Positions 55,679-64,000 of a DNA stretch of 64,000 bases are shown piece after piece. Source of the DNA: Patescibacteria group bacterium (GTDB lineage: Bacteria; Patescibacteriota; Microgenomatia; Levybacterales; UBA12049); contig BPJB01000001.1 of NCBI GenBank assembly GCA_026004395.1, forward strand, positions 15,543-79,542, in the 5' to 3' direction. Under the pieces are notes generated by a model that did not search any database, was not told where the DNA came from, and saw only the letters and a program-made list of their open reading frames with translations. How positions within the stretch are numbered: the stretch's first letter is position 1; every line of letters starts with the position of its first letter. Position numbers and translations under genes: made by a program.

Positions 55679-55770
55679 AAAAACACTTCAAACCTAAGCT
55701 GAAGTGTGGTATAATTATAGGATAACAAGGTGTAAAAATCAATTTTAACTAGACTCATGTTTCGTAAACT

Positions 55771-56388
55771 ATGAGGTATATAGAAAGATATAGACCAAAA
55801 GAAGGAGAAGGACATAATAAGATACTTGTTATAACTGGCGTTCCCGGATCAGGAAAAGATTTTCTTTTGTCGGAAGCAGTAAAACAAGGTATAATCCCTT
55901 CTTCAGTTAGGATGTTCAGCTTCGGAGAAGAATTATTTGCTTATTTAAAAACAATCCATCCACAGATACAGATAAGAGACGACGTTCGAACATTATTAAC
56001 TCAAGATGATGTTTGGCAAGGGGTAATTGGAGTAATAGACAAATTAATACAAGCACAACCAGCAATACTTAATACCCATGTTGTTTATCGGCAAAGAGAA
56101 AGCCTTATTACAAATCCCAATGTTGATAAGAGAATGCACCCCGCAGGTTATTTATTCGTATGGAGTGAACCTAATCAAATAGCAGAATGGCGAGCACGCG
56201 ACATATCGAGGGGGAGACCGCCTGAATCAATAGATGACATCGCATTGCATCAAGATATTGCATTGGAAGTTGTATCTGTGGTGGCAAGACATACAGGTGC
56301 ATGTCTCAAAACTGTTTGGAATCGAACTGATAATGTTGCAGATAATTTAGCTCTAATACAGGAACGAGCAAGAGAACTCACCCCTTAA
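55771..56388 (+). CDS. Archaeal-type adenylate kinase-like nucleoside monophosphate kinase
   Basis: ITGVPGSGKD, FSFGEEL, LNTH, WRARD..RGR, IALHQ, TVWN match the AdkA layout. Confidence 0.75.
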   Translation: MRYIERYRPKEGEGHNKILVITGVPGSGKDFLLSEAVKQGIIPSSVRMFSFGEELFAYLKTIHPQIQIRDDVRTLLTQDDVWQGVIGVIDKLIQAQPAILNTHVVYRQRESLITNPNVDKRMHPAGYLFVWSEPNQIAEWRARDISRGRPPESIDDIALHQDIALEVVSVVARHTGACLKTVWNRTDNVADNLALIQERARELTP

Positions 56389-56418
56389 TTTCCCACCATT
56401 TTTCAGTATAATATTACA

Positions 56419-56976
56419 ATGAAGAAAATTTATTTTGTTACTACAAATCAGTATAAGTTCGAAAAATTCACTCAAGCGATTAGCATTCCAGGTATTGAAA
56501 TTGAACAATTATCAGAAGAAACACCGGAAATACAAGCACCTAATAACCGTCAAATTGCAGAATTCTCGGCCTGGTTTACTGCTCAGAAAATTAATCTTCC
56601 TGTTATAACAGAAGATGTTGGCTTGTACATACAAACTTTAAGAGGTTTCCCCGGTCCATACCTTAATCAGATTGAAAAATGGATAGAGACAGATGGTTTC
56701 TTGCAGCTTCTACTTAACAAAAAAGATCGATCAGCATATTGGGAATACGCAATTTCCTACTGTGAACCTAGACAAACTCCTAAAACATTTTATACACATC
56801 AAAAGGGAAGCATAGCAAAAGAGGCAAAAGGAAACAGCGGTTGGTATATGGATAAAATTTTTATTCCAGAAGGACAAGTAAAAACTATTTCAGAATTATT
56901 AGATAACAGAGAGTATGTTAGAAATGATGACCATTATCTGCAATTAAAAGAATATTTATTAAAACTGGGAAAATAA
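56419..56976 (+). CDS. HAM1/ITPase-family NTP pyrophosphatase, divergent
   Basis: FVTTNQYK, PEIQ, EDVGLYI..L.GFPGPY, G.I...KG..GWYMDKIFIP; SHR motif absent. Confidence 0.88.
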   Translation: MKKIYFVTTNQYKFEKFTQAISIPGIEIEQLSEETPEIQAPNNRQIAEFSAWFTAQKINLPVITEDVGLYIQTLRGFPGPYLNQIEKWIETDGFLQLLLNKKDRSAYWEYAISYCEPRQTPKTFYTHQKGSIAKEAKGNSGWYMDKIFIPEGQVKTISELLDNREYVRNDDHYLQLKEYLLKLGK

Positions 56977-56995
56977 TCTTTCCTACTTCCCTACG

Positions 56996-57524
56996 TGTCA
57001 TATTACGATACATTGTATAGAGAGGTTATGTTTTTGTTTTAGATATTCGGCTGGTGTCTGATAACCCGACTGTCTTAATCTTACCTTGAGGTTATAGTTT
57101 ATCAATTAATCAGTTAGTTTCTCTTTAAGGTTCTTGACATCACCAAAGAGGTAGCATCTCTGAAGACCTTGGCTTTTATCTTACCGTTGAATCTCTCAAC
57201 CATACCATTTGTCCCCGCCTGCGTCCTTCCGAATCGGAGGACTTCGAGGTGGGCAGGCAGGGGTGTCTGAATTTAATAGTTTCGTGTTTTATCTTTTCTT
57301 TCTGGCAGAGTTTATCAAAGGGATGAGTCTTCTTTGTTTTTTATTCTTGGGTAAGAAATTGTGTCAACCAAGAAACTCCAAACTTACGAGCTAAAACACT
57401 TATGGGTAGCAAGCCTTGACTGAATCTCCTTCCTTATGAGATAGTTAGCTCTGGCATTCTGGTGTAATCTCTGCAACATAGTTGTTAAGACATTATATCC
57501 TTAACAACGTATCGTAATCATACA
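56996..57524 (-). mobile_element. Internally deleted IS481-family element (529 bp) with TGT...ACA ends
   Basis: TIRs TGTCATATTACGATACATTGT and TGTATGATTACGATACGTTGT (17/21); remnants MLQRLHQNARAN..., LARKFGVS, FRHP/TNGMVERFNG. Confidence 0.8.
57213..57263. repeat. GC-rich palindromic REP-like insert
   Basis: CCCCGCCTGC...GTCCTTCCGAATCGGAGGAC...GCAGGCAGGGG nested hairpin interrupting the transposase HP(W)TNG codons. Confidence 0.7.
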
Positions 57525-57688
57525 GTTATTTATATTTTAAAATAATTTTTTATACAGTATCTTAATAAATAAAATATAGTGGAATCAGAGGTGGGATAAT
57601 TTATGCGGTAGCATACATTCTCAAATCAGGGAGATGTAAATATGCTCATTTTGCTGTTGTATAATAGTTCTAACGCTGTTTACGATGT

Positions 57689-57820
57689 GGAGCCAGGCTT
57701 AACAAGAGGCTAAATTGGCTATCTTGTCAAAAGGATTTATCCAGTCATATCGGGCTATTTTGCCCTTTATCTATAAGTTCTGAAGTGTCATCTTCAAAAG
57801 TAGCCGTTTTTCGTGGACTT
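57689..57820 (-). repeat. att core plus recombinase C-terminal remnant (copy 3)
   Basis: GGAGCCAG...GAGGCTAAATTGGCTATCTTGTCAAA...AAGTTCTGAAGTGT...CAAAAGTAGCCGTTTTTCGTG, similar to the copies at 45047 and 52984. Confidence 0.8.
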
Positions 57821-58030
57821 TAAGAAATCTCCAAGAGTTTCACTGTGTTTAAAATCAGGTTTTCAGTTATTTTTTTTAGTTTGAGAGTACTTTGGATAAA
57901 TTTAATTAATTTTCAATTCAATATTCTCTTTCTAAAATCAGACAAAAGTTTTTAAGATTGAATGATGAGATCTAGGTAAAGTAATAGCGCTATAATAACT
58001 ACCTTTTGTTATATAATATTATTTAATAGT

Positions 58031-58726
58031 ATGTATGAAAGAAAAAGGATGGATAATAAATTATTTTCATCCCCTTTTGCAAATAAAGAAGACTTATGGA
58101 AAGAAGGATTAGATAATGTTCTTAAGAGATATTTATCTTTTCCTGAGAATAAGATAATAGAGACGGATTTTGCTTATAATGTAGTTTTTAATAATCCCCG
58201 AGCTCTGGATATTGTAAATGTAGAGAATGATGAGAGATATTTAATCTACCTATCAACAGAGTCAGATAAAACTTCATATGACATGCTTAGAACATCCAAG
58301 ATACCTCTTTTAGGAGATAGACAAGAGACATATGGATTAACTGTTATCCGTATTCCTCTGCATACAAAAGGGCTTGGAAGTATAGTTTATCCTGAACAAT
58401 ATTTTACAGGGCAAAGATATTTAGGAGCTTTAGAAATTATGCGTGAATTAGGAAAATATATAGGTCAGATATATAACAGAACAAAACATGTCCCTAAAAC
58501 TCTTGACTTAAAAAAATTTGCGATTGTAGGTGGTGAGACAGGATTAATTCGTATGGTTCCCCCATATGAATTATCAAGTGATTTTAATGAATTAAATTTT
58601 GTTAGTAGTCTTGCTCAAAGTTTAAAAGAATGCGATCCAGTAAATAGCGATAAGCACGATATTCATGTTCAGGTTTTTTACAGGAGTTTGAAAGATGTTA
58701 TAAACAAAGATGTAAAATCTGAATAG
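58031..58726 (+). CDS. Hypothetical protein
   Basis: ORF of 231 aa; TATAAT upstream. Confidence 0.7.
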   Translation: MYERKRMDNKLFSSPFANKEDLWKEGLDNVLKRYLSFPENKIIETDFAYNVVFNNPRALDIVNVENDERYLIYLSTESDKTSYDMLRTSKIPLLGDRQETYGLTVIRIPLHTKGLGSIVYPEQYFTGQRYLGALEIMRELGKYIGQIYNRTKHVPKTLDLKKFAIVGGETGLIRMVPPYELSSDFNELNFVSSLAQSLKECDPVNSDKHDIHVQVFYRSLKDVINKDVKSE

Positions 58727-58750
58727 AATATTTATTTGCATTACTGTTAT

Positions 58751-59866
58751 ATGTTAGAACTTTCGCGAAGTATTAATAATGAAAAAATTAAAACATATTA
58801 TGACAATGAGAGCAATCAGCATCCGGTCAATACACTTAATCATTGGATTAAAGCTTTTAACAATTCTAGAAGGTCTGCGGTAAGTGTTGATGCATTAAGC
58901 TTCAGTAATAATTACGATCCTAATCACGCAATTGAAGAATTTTATTATCATCTGAGCAGCAGGCAAGGATTAGAGCTAATTATACCCCGATATCCAAATA
59001 GAAGAGAATTATTAAGTTTTTCTATGCTTGATGATTCTGATTTGTTAATAAGAGGCGGAAGTGCTCATGGCGTATTCTTTGTACAGGGCAATACTCAGGA
59101 GGTTAGAAGTGGCAAAATAAAGAAGTCTAAAATTGATTTAGCAGTTAAGCAATTTTCTGATCCTCAGAAGGCAATGCGTGAGTTTCTAATTACTTTAGTG
59201 GTTAGACAGCGCATGATAGATTTTGTGAAATACCTAAAGAATTATGGAGAAGTATCAATCAATGGTTGTCTTTTTACACCTATACAACCAATAGCTCTTT
59301 TTGTTGATAAAAAACAGGGATATCTCTTGACGCGAGCAAACAGAATGATTACATCCTTAGACCAAGAGCCATGGTCGCAATATTGGTCAGCAACAGATGA
59401 AGATAAAAAGCGAATACAGAATAGATTTGCTAAAATTTCTATGCTCCTTGCCAATTTACATAGTAATGGTATTTTTCATGGAGATGCACAGATTAAAAAT
59501 TTTGTAGTTTCACCGCATGGATTTGTAGGAGCTATTGACTGGGAAGCTGCTTATTTGGCACCTGTGGATTTTGTGGAGATTCCTTCAGATATATTAATAG
59601 GGAAGGCAACATCAGACCTACAAATATTTTATAAATCTATTTCCGAAGATGATAAAAATTTGTCAAGATTAGAGTTAATAACGGGTAGTCAAGAACAAAA
59701 GTGGGAGTTGTTTAGTAATCTAGTTATCGATCCATACATGACTCAATGGCTGGAAATCAGTGAAAAACACAACTCTCATGGCAGCAAGAGTGAAGCGTTA
59801 TTTAATTGGGAGAATTTTTATGAACAACTACAAAAAGAACTCAAGCGATATATTACAGCTAAGTAA
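58751..59866 (+). CDS. Protein-kinase-like fold enzyme (Kdo/WaaP/Bud32-like)
   Basis: GGSAHGVFF, LAVKQF, AMRE, LANLHSNGIFHGDAQIKNF, IDWE. Confidence 0.8.
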   Translation: MLELSRSINNEKIKTYYDNESNQHPVNTLNHWIKAFNNSRRSAVSVDALSFSNNYDPNHAIEEFYYHLSSRQGLELIIPRYPNRRELLSFSMLDDSDLLIRGGSAHGVFFVQGNTQEVRSGKIKKSKIDLAVKQFSDPQKAMREFLITLVVRQRMIDFVKYLKNYGEVSINGCLFTPIQPIALFVDKKQGYLLTRANRMITSLDQEPWSQYWSATDEDKKRIQNRFAKISMLLANLHSNGIFHGDAQIKNFVVSPHGFVGAIDWEAAYLAPVDFVEIPSDILIGKATSDLQIFYKSISEDDKNLSRLELITGSQEQKWELFSNLVIDPYMTQWLEISEKHNSHGSKSEALFNWENFYEQLQKELKRYITAK

Positions 59867-60200
59867 TCACCAAATAGGTTTAGTAATTTTAACAGGATTT
59901 ATTAGAAATCACATCGAATTTTTGTCTTTTAGCTTCAAATTCAGAAGTGAGTTTTCAAAAAGAGTTGTTTTTCTTAGATTGTAGTGTAATTGATTATACG
60001 ATAAACATCTCACTCTTTATTTGGGTGTTATAAAGTTAAATCAATATACTACTATACAATGAAGATTTTGCATTCTGAATCAATGAGATATATATTTAGA
60101 AAAAGGTAGCATTAGGACGAATTTCAATTTAAAACATATATTAGCATCTAAAATCCCTCTCACTAAGAGGGATTTTAGATAGTTAATTAGTAGACAACGT

Positions 60201-60806
60201 CTACTGTGCATTGCCTGGTTTGCCAATGAGAGTTCCGTTGATATCGATATTATCAAGGAAGGCATATCCTACTCCTTGATCAGTTCCCTCATCAAAGACA
60301 ATGTCAATACTCTTTATGGTTGATCCTGGAAGAATAGGAGGGAATGCTGTCGCTGGATCATAGCGTCTTCGTTCCCAAGTATTTCCCTGTGGGTCAACCA
60401 ATGCACTTATTGAGATAGGAGCAGGTGAATTACACCCAATAAAATGAAGAACATTATCATCTGTTACTACATTAAATCGAGGTGCGCCAGCTCCACAATG
60501 ACCATCAGTTCTTACATCCCAACCTATTTCAGTTAATGTTATGCCTTCAACACCTTCCACCTTTGCACCCGATGCTGCATTTGTTACAGTTGTACCATTT
60601 TTGGTTAAATAAAGCGCATGATTTGATTTGCCTGCATCAGTCAGTCCCTGATGTGTTACCCACGCAGCAGAGACAATTCCTGTAGATCCAGGGTCAAACT
60701 CAAATGGTTTTGCTTTATAAAATTTTGTAGCAAATGTGGTGGATGTAAGAAGAGAGACAATAAGAAGTGAGGAAAGAATTATACTTATTAGTTTGATTTT
60801 ATGCAT
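60201..60806 (-). CDS. Hypothetical secreted protein
   Basis: Signal peptide ending TFA; RBS AGGAGGTG; CGAGAPRFNV. Confidence 0.75.
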   Translation of the reverse strand: MHKIKLISIILSSLLIVSLLTSTTFATKFYKAKPFEFDPGSTGIVSAAWVTHQGLTDAGKSNHALYLTKNGTTVTNAASGAKVEGVEGITLTEIGWDVRTDGHCGAGAPRFNVVTDDNVLHFIGCNSPAPISISALVDPQGNTWERRRYDPATAFPPILPGSTIKSIDIVFDEGTDQGVGYAFLDNIDINGTLIGKPGNAQ

Positions 60807-61062
60807 TTTGTTTATCACCTCCTTTCATATTAAAGTTAGAAGATAGAGAGTTTATATACAATGAATATGAGAAGTATAAGGAAATTGCGTAACTACTTTG
60901 TAAGAGATTACGATAAATAATTTTATTAAGTGTGCTCATACACTAAAAATTTCATCTTCATCATTTGTTTCTCACATGCTTCTTTCTAATTTTTCATGAT
61001 TTTATTCCTATTTCTTGATATGTTTTATTTTATTCTAATTCAATTAAAGGAGGTGAGTAAAA

Positions 61063-61281
61063 GTGAAAGATATTAAAAATGCGATTGATCATTTACGACT
61101 GCATCAAGCATTTCCTGCGACTCGTGAAGAATTGATAAAAGAATGCAAAAATCTATCTGATTTTTCTGAAGAAGATAAGTTGTGGTTTGAAGAGCATCTT
61201 CCCGCAGGAACATATAATTCTGTAGATGATGTAATCAAGGCATTAGGATGGAGTGAAGAGGCAGTGTTGCGAGCAATGTAA
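61063..61281 (+). CDS. Small DUF2795-like protein
   Basis: FPATREELI...LPAGTYNSVDDV; GTG start with AAGGAGGTG RBS. Confidence 0.75.
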   Translation: MKDIKNAIDHLRLHQAFPATREELIKECKNLSDFSEEDKLWFEEHLPAGTYNSVDDVIKALGWSEEAVLRAM

Positions 61282-61609
61282 ATTCTCTTCCTAAGGATTG
61301 GCAGATAGCATATATTTAAAGAATTTAGAGAGTTAAATCAATGGATTCTCTAGATGAATATGAGAAGTTAGCAAATGTTTGCTTAATGTAATTCTAAAGT
61401 TTAAAAAAATATTTTTGTTGGTAAGTGTAGCCAAGTTTTTCCGCGGATTTAAATATTAAGTTTTAGGCATCAAAAAATGATCGGAGTAAGAATAATTTTT
61501 TGATTTTAAGGTCATCTGTTTATCTTCCAGTAACTTCCAATTGAGGAGTACAAAAATACTTTTATTCATTGACATCATCTGTAGATTTTATCTAAACTAC
61601 TAAGGTAGG

Positions 61610-62722
61610 ATGAAATCGTCAAATAAAAAGCAGAAAAAGCGTTCCTCTCAACGTAAGCATAAACACTTAGTAACTTCTCAAAGTAGATCACGGATGATCT
61701 TTTTTTTGTTTGGTTTAAGTGTCGTTTTGGTGTTCACTTTTACAAAAATAATTCAAGACCAGCAAAGAATTCAGATTGCATCTGTTAAGAAAGCTGTTTT
61801 AGGCGAAGATGAAGATAAAAGAGGAGAAGAAAAAATTAGTGATGAGCAACAAAAGAATGAAGAAGAGAAGAAAAAAGAAGAGGAGGAAAAGAAAAAAGAA
61901 AACTCTCAGTTACCATCTCAAGGTTCATCTGGTTCGCAAAGTACATCCTCAAAACAATCATCATCTCGAAGTAATTTTCTATCTAATCCCAGTAAAAGAA
62001 TTGTTCCGACTCCTAATGCAGTTGAAGATGAGGAAGACGATGTAGAATCCAATAATAATCTTAGTGAACGTGAGATTGAGGTAGAAGATCACACTGGACA
62101 AAAAACGAAAATTAAAATTAAAGATGATGGAACTACAAAGGTTGAGTTAGAAAAAGGAGAGCTTAAAATAAAATATCGTTTTGAGAATGGGTTATTTTTA
62201 GCAAAAGTTGAAAATGAAGATGGAGAGGAAGTTGAGATGGGAGAAGAAGAGGTGAAGAATATCGAGGATGAGATTGAGACCAAGCTAGAAAAAGAAGGAA
62301 TAAAAGTTACCTCAGCCGGTGCTGATCTACTCTTCTCTAAAAATAATATAACAGCGCTTTCACGTTTTCCTTTAGCTATATCAACCGAAACCAACAAGCT
62401 TATCGTGACAACTCCCAAGGGTGAGAGGGTTGTTGCCGTACTTCCCGATGATGCAGTCAATCAAATTTTAAAATTGAAAGTTATAGATTCTTTGGAAAAA
62501 ACAGAATCTAATGGACCTTCTGAAAGATCAGCACAAGGTATTGAATTAACTACTAGAAATGGTGAAATTGTGTATAAAATATTAGGAAAAAGGACCTATC
62601 GTTTGTTTTCCCTTATTCCAATTCAGTCATCTCTAGAAGCACAAGTGTCAGCTGAAACTGGTCAGGTAATTTCTGTTGATAAGCCAATAATTACTCGGAT
62701 TATTGATTTCTTCTCAATTTAA
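61610..62722 (+). CDS. Hypothetical membrane-anchored protein, acidic, with PepSY-like C-terminus
   Basis: TM helix, E/K-rich region, VAVLPDDAV, QVSAETGQV. Confidence 0.75.
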   Translation: MKSSNKKQKKRSSQRKHKHLVTSQSRSRMIFFLFGLSVVLVFTFTKIIQDQQRIQIASVKKAVLGEDEDKRGEEKISDEQQKNEEEKKKEEEEKKKENSQLPSQGSSGSQSTSSKQSSSRSNFLSNPSKRIVPTPNAVEDEEDDVESNNNLSEREIEVEDHTGQKTKIKIKDDGTTKVELEKGELKIKYRFENGLFLAKVENEDGEEVEMGEEEVKNIEDEIETKLEKEGIKVTSAGADLLFSKNNITALSRFPLAISTETNKLIVTTPKGERVVAVLPDDAVNQILKLKVIDSLEKTESNGPSERSAQGIELTTRNGEIVYKILGKRTYRLFSLIPIQSSLEAQVSAETGQVISVDKPIITRIIDFFSI

Positions 62723-63005
62723 TTTCTTCTTGCGTTTTCTTTACGCTGTTTTAATTTCTCTCTTACTACTTCTCTATAGTATGGCAGTGTATGATAAAGA
62801 TAATACTTGCTTTTATTATAGGGATTGGTTTTTACGGATTTTTATGTTATTACCAGCCTATTGCTGAATCGTATTCTGAACAAAAAATTCTACAGGAGGT
62901 AGCGTTTGATTCCCATTTGCCTACTCATTAACTGGTAGAGAGTATTCTTCAGGATTAACTTATAATAATTGACAATTTGTTGAGTTTGTGATACTATGGG
63001 ACTAT

Positions 63006-63239
63006 ATGATGCGTGAGGATATTTCACCCAAAGTGGGTCTAATTTTTATCGCCCTGCTTCTTTTATTTGTTGCATTTTATCTTGGAATTATGCGTGTTGA
63101 TGTCTATCTTCGCAACAGAGCAGTTGATGAGTGTGGAAAAATATCAAAGTTTGAGAAAAGAGACAATAGTCAGAACGCTGTTATAGTATATCCAGTTGCT
63201 GATGTTTATCAGGATTGTTTAAAACGTAAAGGATACTAA
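63006..63239 (+). CDS. Hypothetical small membrane protein
   Basis: TM helix plus two Cys (AVDEC...YQDCLKRKGY). Confidence 0.65.
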   Translation: MMREDISPKVGLIFIALLLLFVAFYLGIMRVDVYLRNRAVDECGKISKFEKRDNSQNAVIVYPVADVYQDCLKRKGY

Positions 63240-63254
63240 CAATATTTTTTGAAA

Positions 63255-63605
63255 CTACAAGCCAAGTTGTGAGCGGATTATAAGCCAAATTTTTCTCCAA
63301 AATCTCGCTTTTTGATACTCTCTATATTGCTTGTTTTTGAAATAATCAATTGTTCCAGGAAGCGGGGGATCTATCCAGTTTGAGAGAACCACCCATTCAT
63401 TACTTTCATTTTTTTTAGCAATAAGAGTAATAGTTGAATCTCCAATTTTTTTTTGAAATTCTGTAGTTTCAGGCTGTTTGCCAGATCGAATGGTGTCAGG
63501 ATATCTAAAAGCTTGCCAGGCGATATCCTGAGACAATCCACGTTGTCCTAATCTTTTAAGCGCATGGTTAGTCCAAATGATTCCACCATATTTTCGATCG
63601 GACAT
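63255..63605 (-). CDS. DUF4258-like (RelE-fold) protein
   Basis: IIWTNHALKRLGQRGL...PD. Confidence 0.7.
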   Translation of the reverse strand: MSDRKYGGIIWTNHALKRLGQRGLSQDIAWQAFRYPDTIRSGKQPETTEFQKKIGDSTITLIAKKNESNEWVVLSNWIDPPLPGTIDYFKNKQYREYQKARFWRKIWLIIRSQLGL

Positions 63606-63899
63606 ATAAATATTATCTCATACGAAAAAAAGAAGAACAATCTCTTGCATTCTTTTTACACGACTTTTGTTGGAATCTTACGCAGGCAATATAAGATAGT
63701 TCCAAAAGAAGAAATGCAAGCAAGAAAACAACTATGAAGGATGGGCTCTGAAGAAGAGCGCTTCCTCTCGGTTGTTTTATTGCTTTTCTTGAGTTTTATT
63801 GATAATAGAAATATTTTTCTACTTCTAAAATATTATTCTTGGTATTTTCTTACTCCTTCTTTTTTTATTTCTCACACAATCCTTCTAGTGTAAAATACA

Positions 63900-64000
63900 A
63901 TGAATCTTTTCGCTTGGCTTATTTTTGGAATTTTTGTAGGTTTTGTTGCTCATATTCTCGATAGTAGAAGTGCATGGGGTGGGTTGTCTGGTGCTCTTCT
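63900..64000 (+). CDS. GlsB/YeaQ/YmgE family membrane protein, runs off the window end
   Basis: MNLFAWLIFGIFVGFVAHILD...GGLSGALL. Confidence 0.7.
   Translation, partial: MNLFAWLIFGIFVGFVAHILDSRSAWGGLSGAL

Larger units (their letters stand above)
43698..59866. mobile_element. Composite genomic island: tandem array of at least four integrated segments at tRNA-Asn (right end uncertain)
   Basis: GGAGCCA core at 43698, 45047, 52984 and 57689, each followed by a minus-strand recombinase 3' remnant; accessory cargo. Confidence 0.75.

Overview
AT-rich bacterial chromosome segment using genetic code 11 (TGA = stop). Gene content and style point to a Patescibacteria/CPR genome, probably Microgenomates-like (inference): PT-repeat surface proteins, a DUF5667 protein, a stand-alone VirB4/TraG-like ATPase, tRNA-Ile(UAU) and many apparently leaderless genes. 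Positions 1-43.7 kb are mostly core genome: two class A PBPs, surface proteins, gap, gmk, a B12 module (nrdR, class II nrdJ, two cobalamin riboswitches, pduO), a Xer recombinase, ftsB, murD, tgt, trpS, guaB-add-guaA, dnaG, rpoD and 4 tRNAs. From tRNA-Asn (43.7 kb) to about 60 kb lies an island hotspot. It is built of at least four tandem segments, each starting with the tRNA 3'-end core GGAGCCA followed by a remnant of a serine recombinase 3' end. Cargo includes a type III R-M system and a three-gene module that I do not recognise as described: a Mom-like GNAT protein, an archaeal-type adenylate kinase and a HAM1/ITPase lacking the SHR specificity motif. That module is the best candidate for a novel nucleotide-modification or defence system. 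Several essential genes (trpS, dnaG, guaB) carry single-base frameshifts, most likely sequencing or assembly indels. All family assignments are by eye from motifs, with no database searches.
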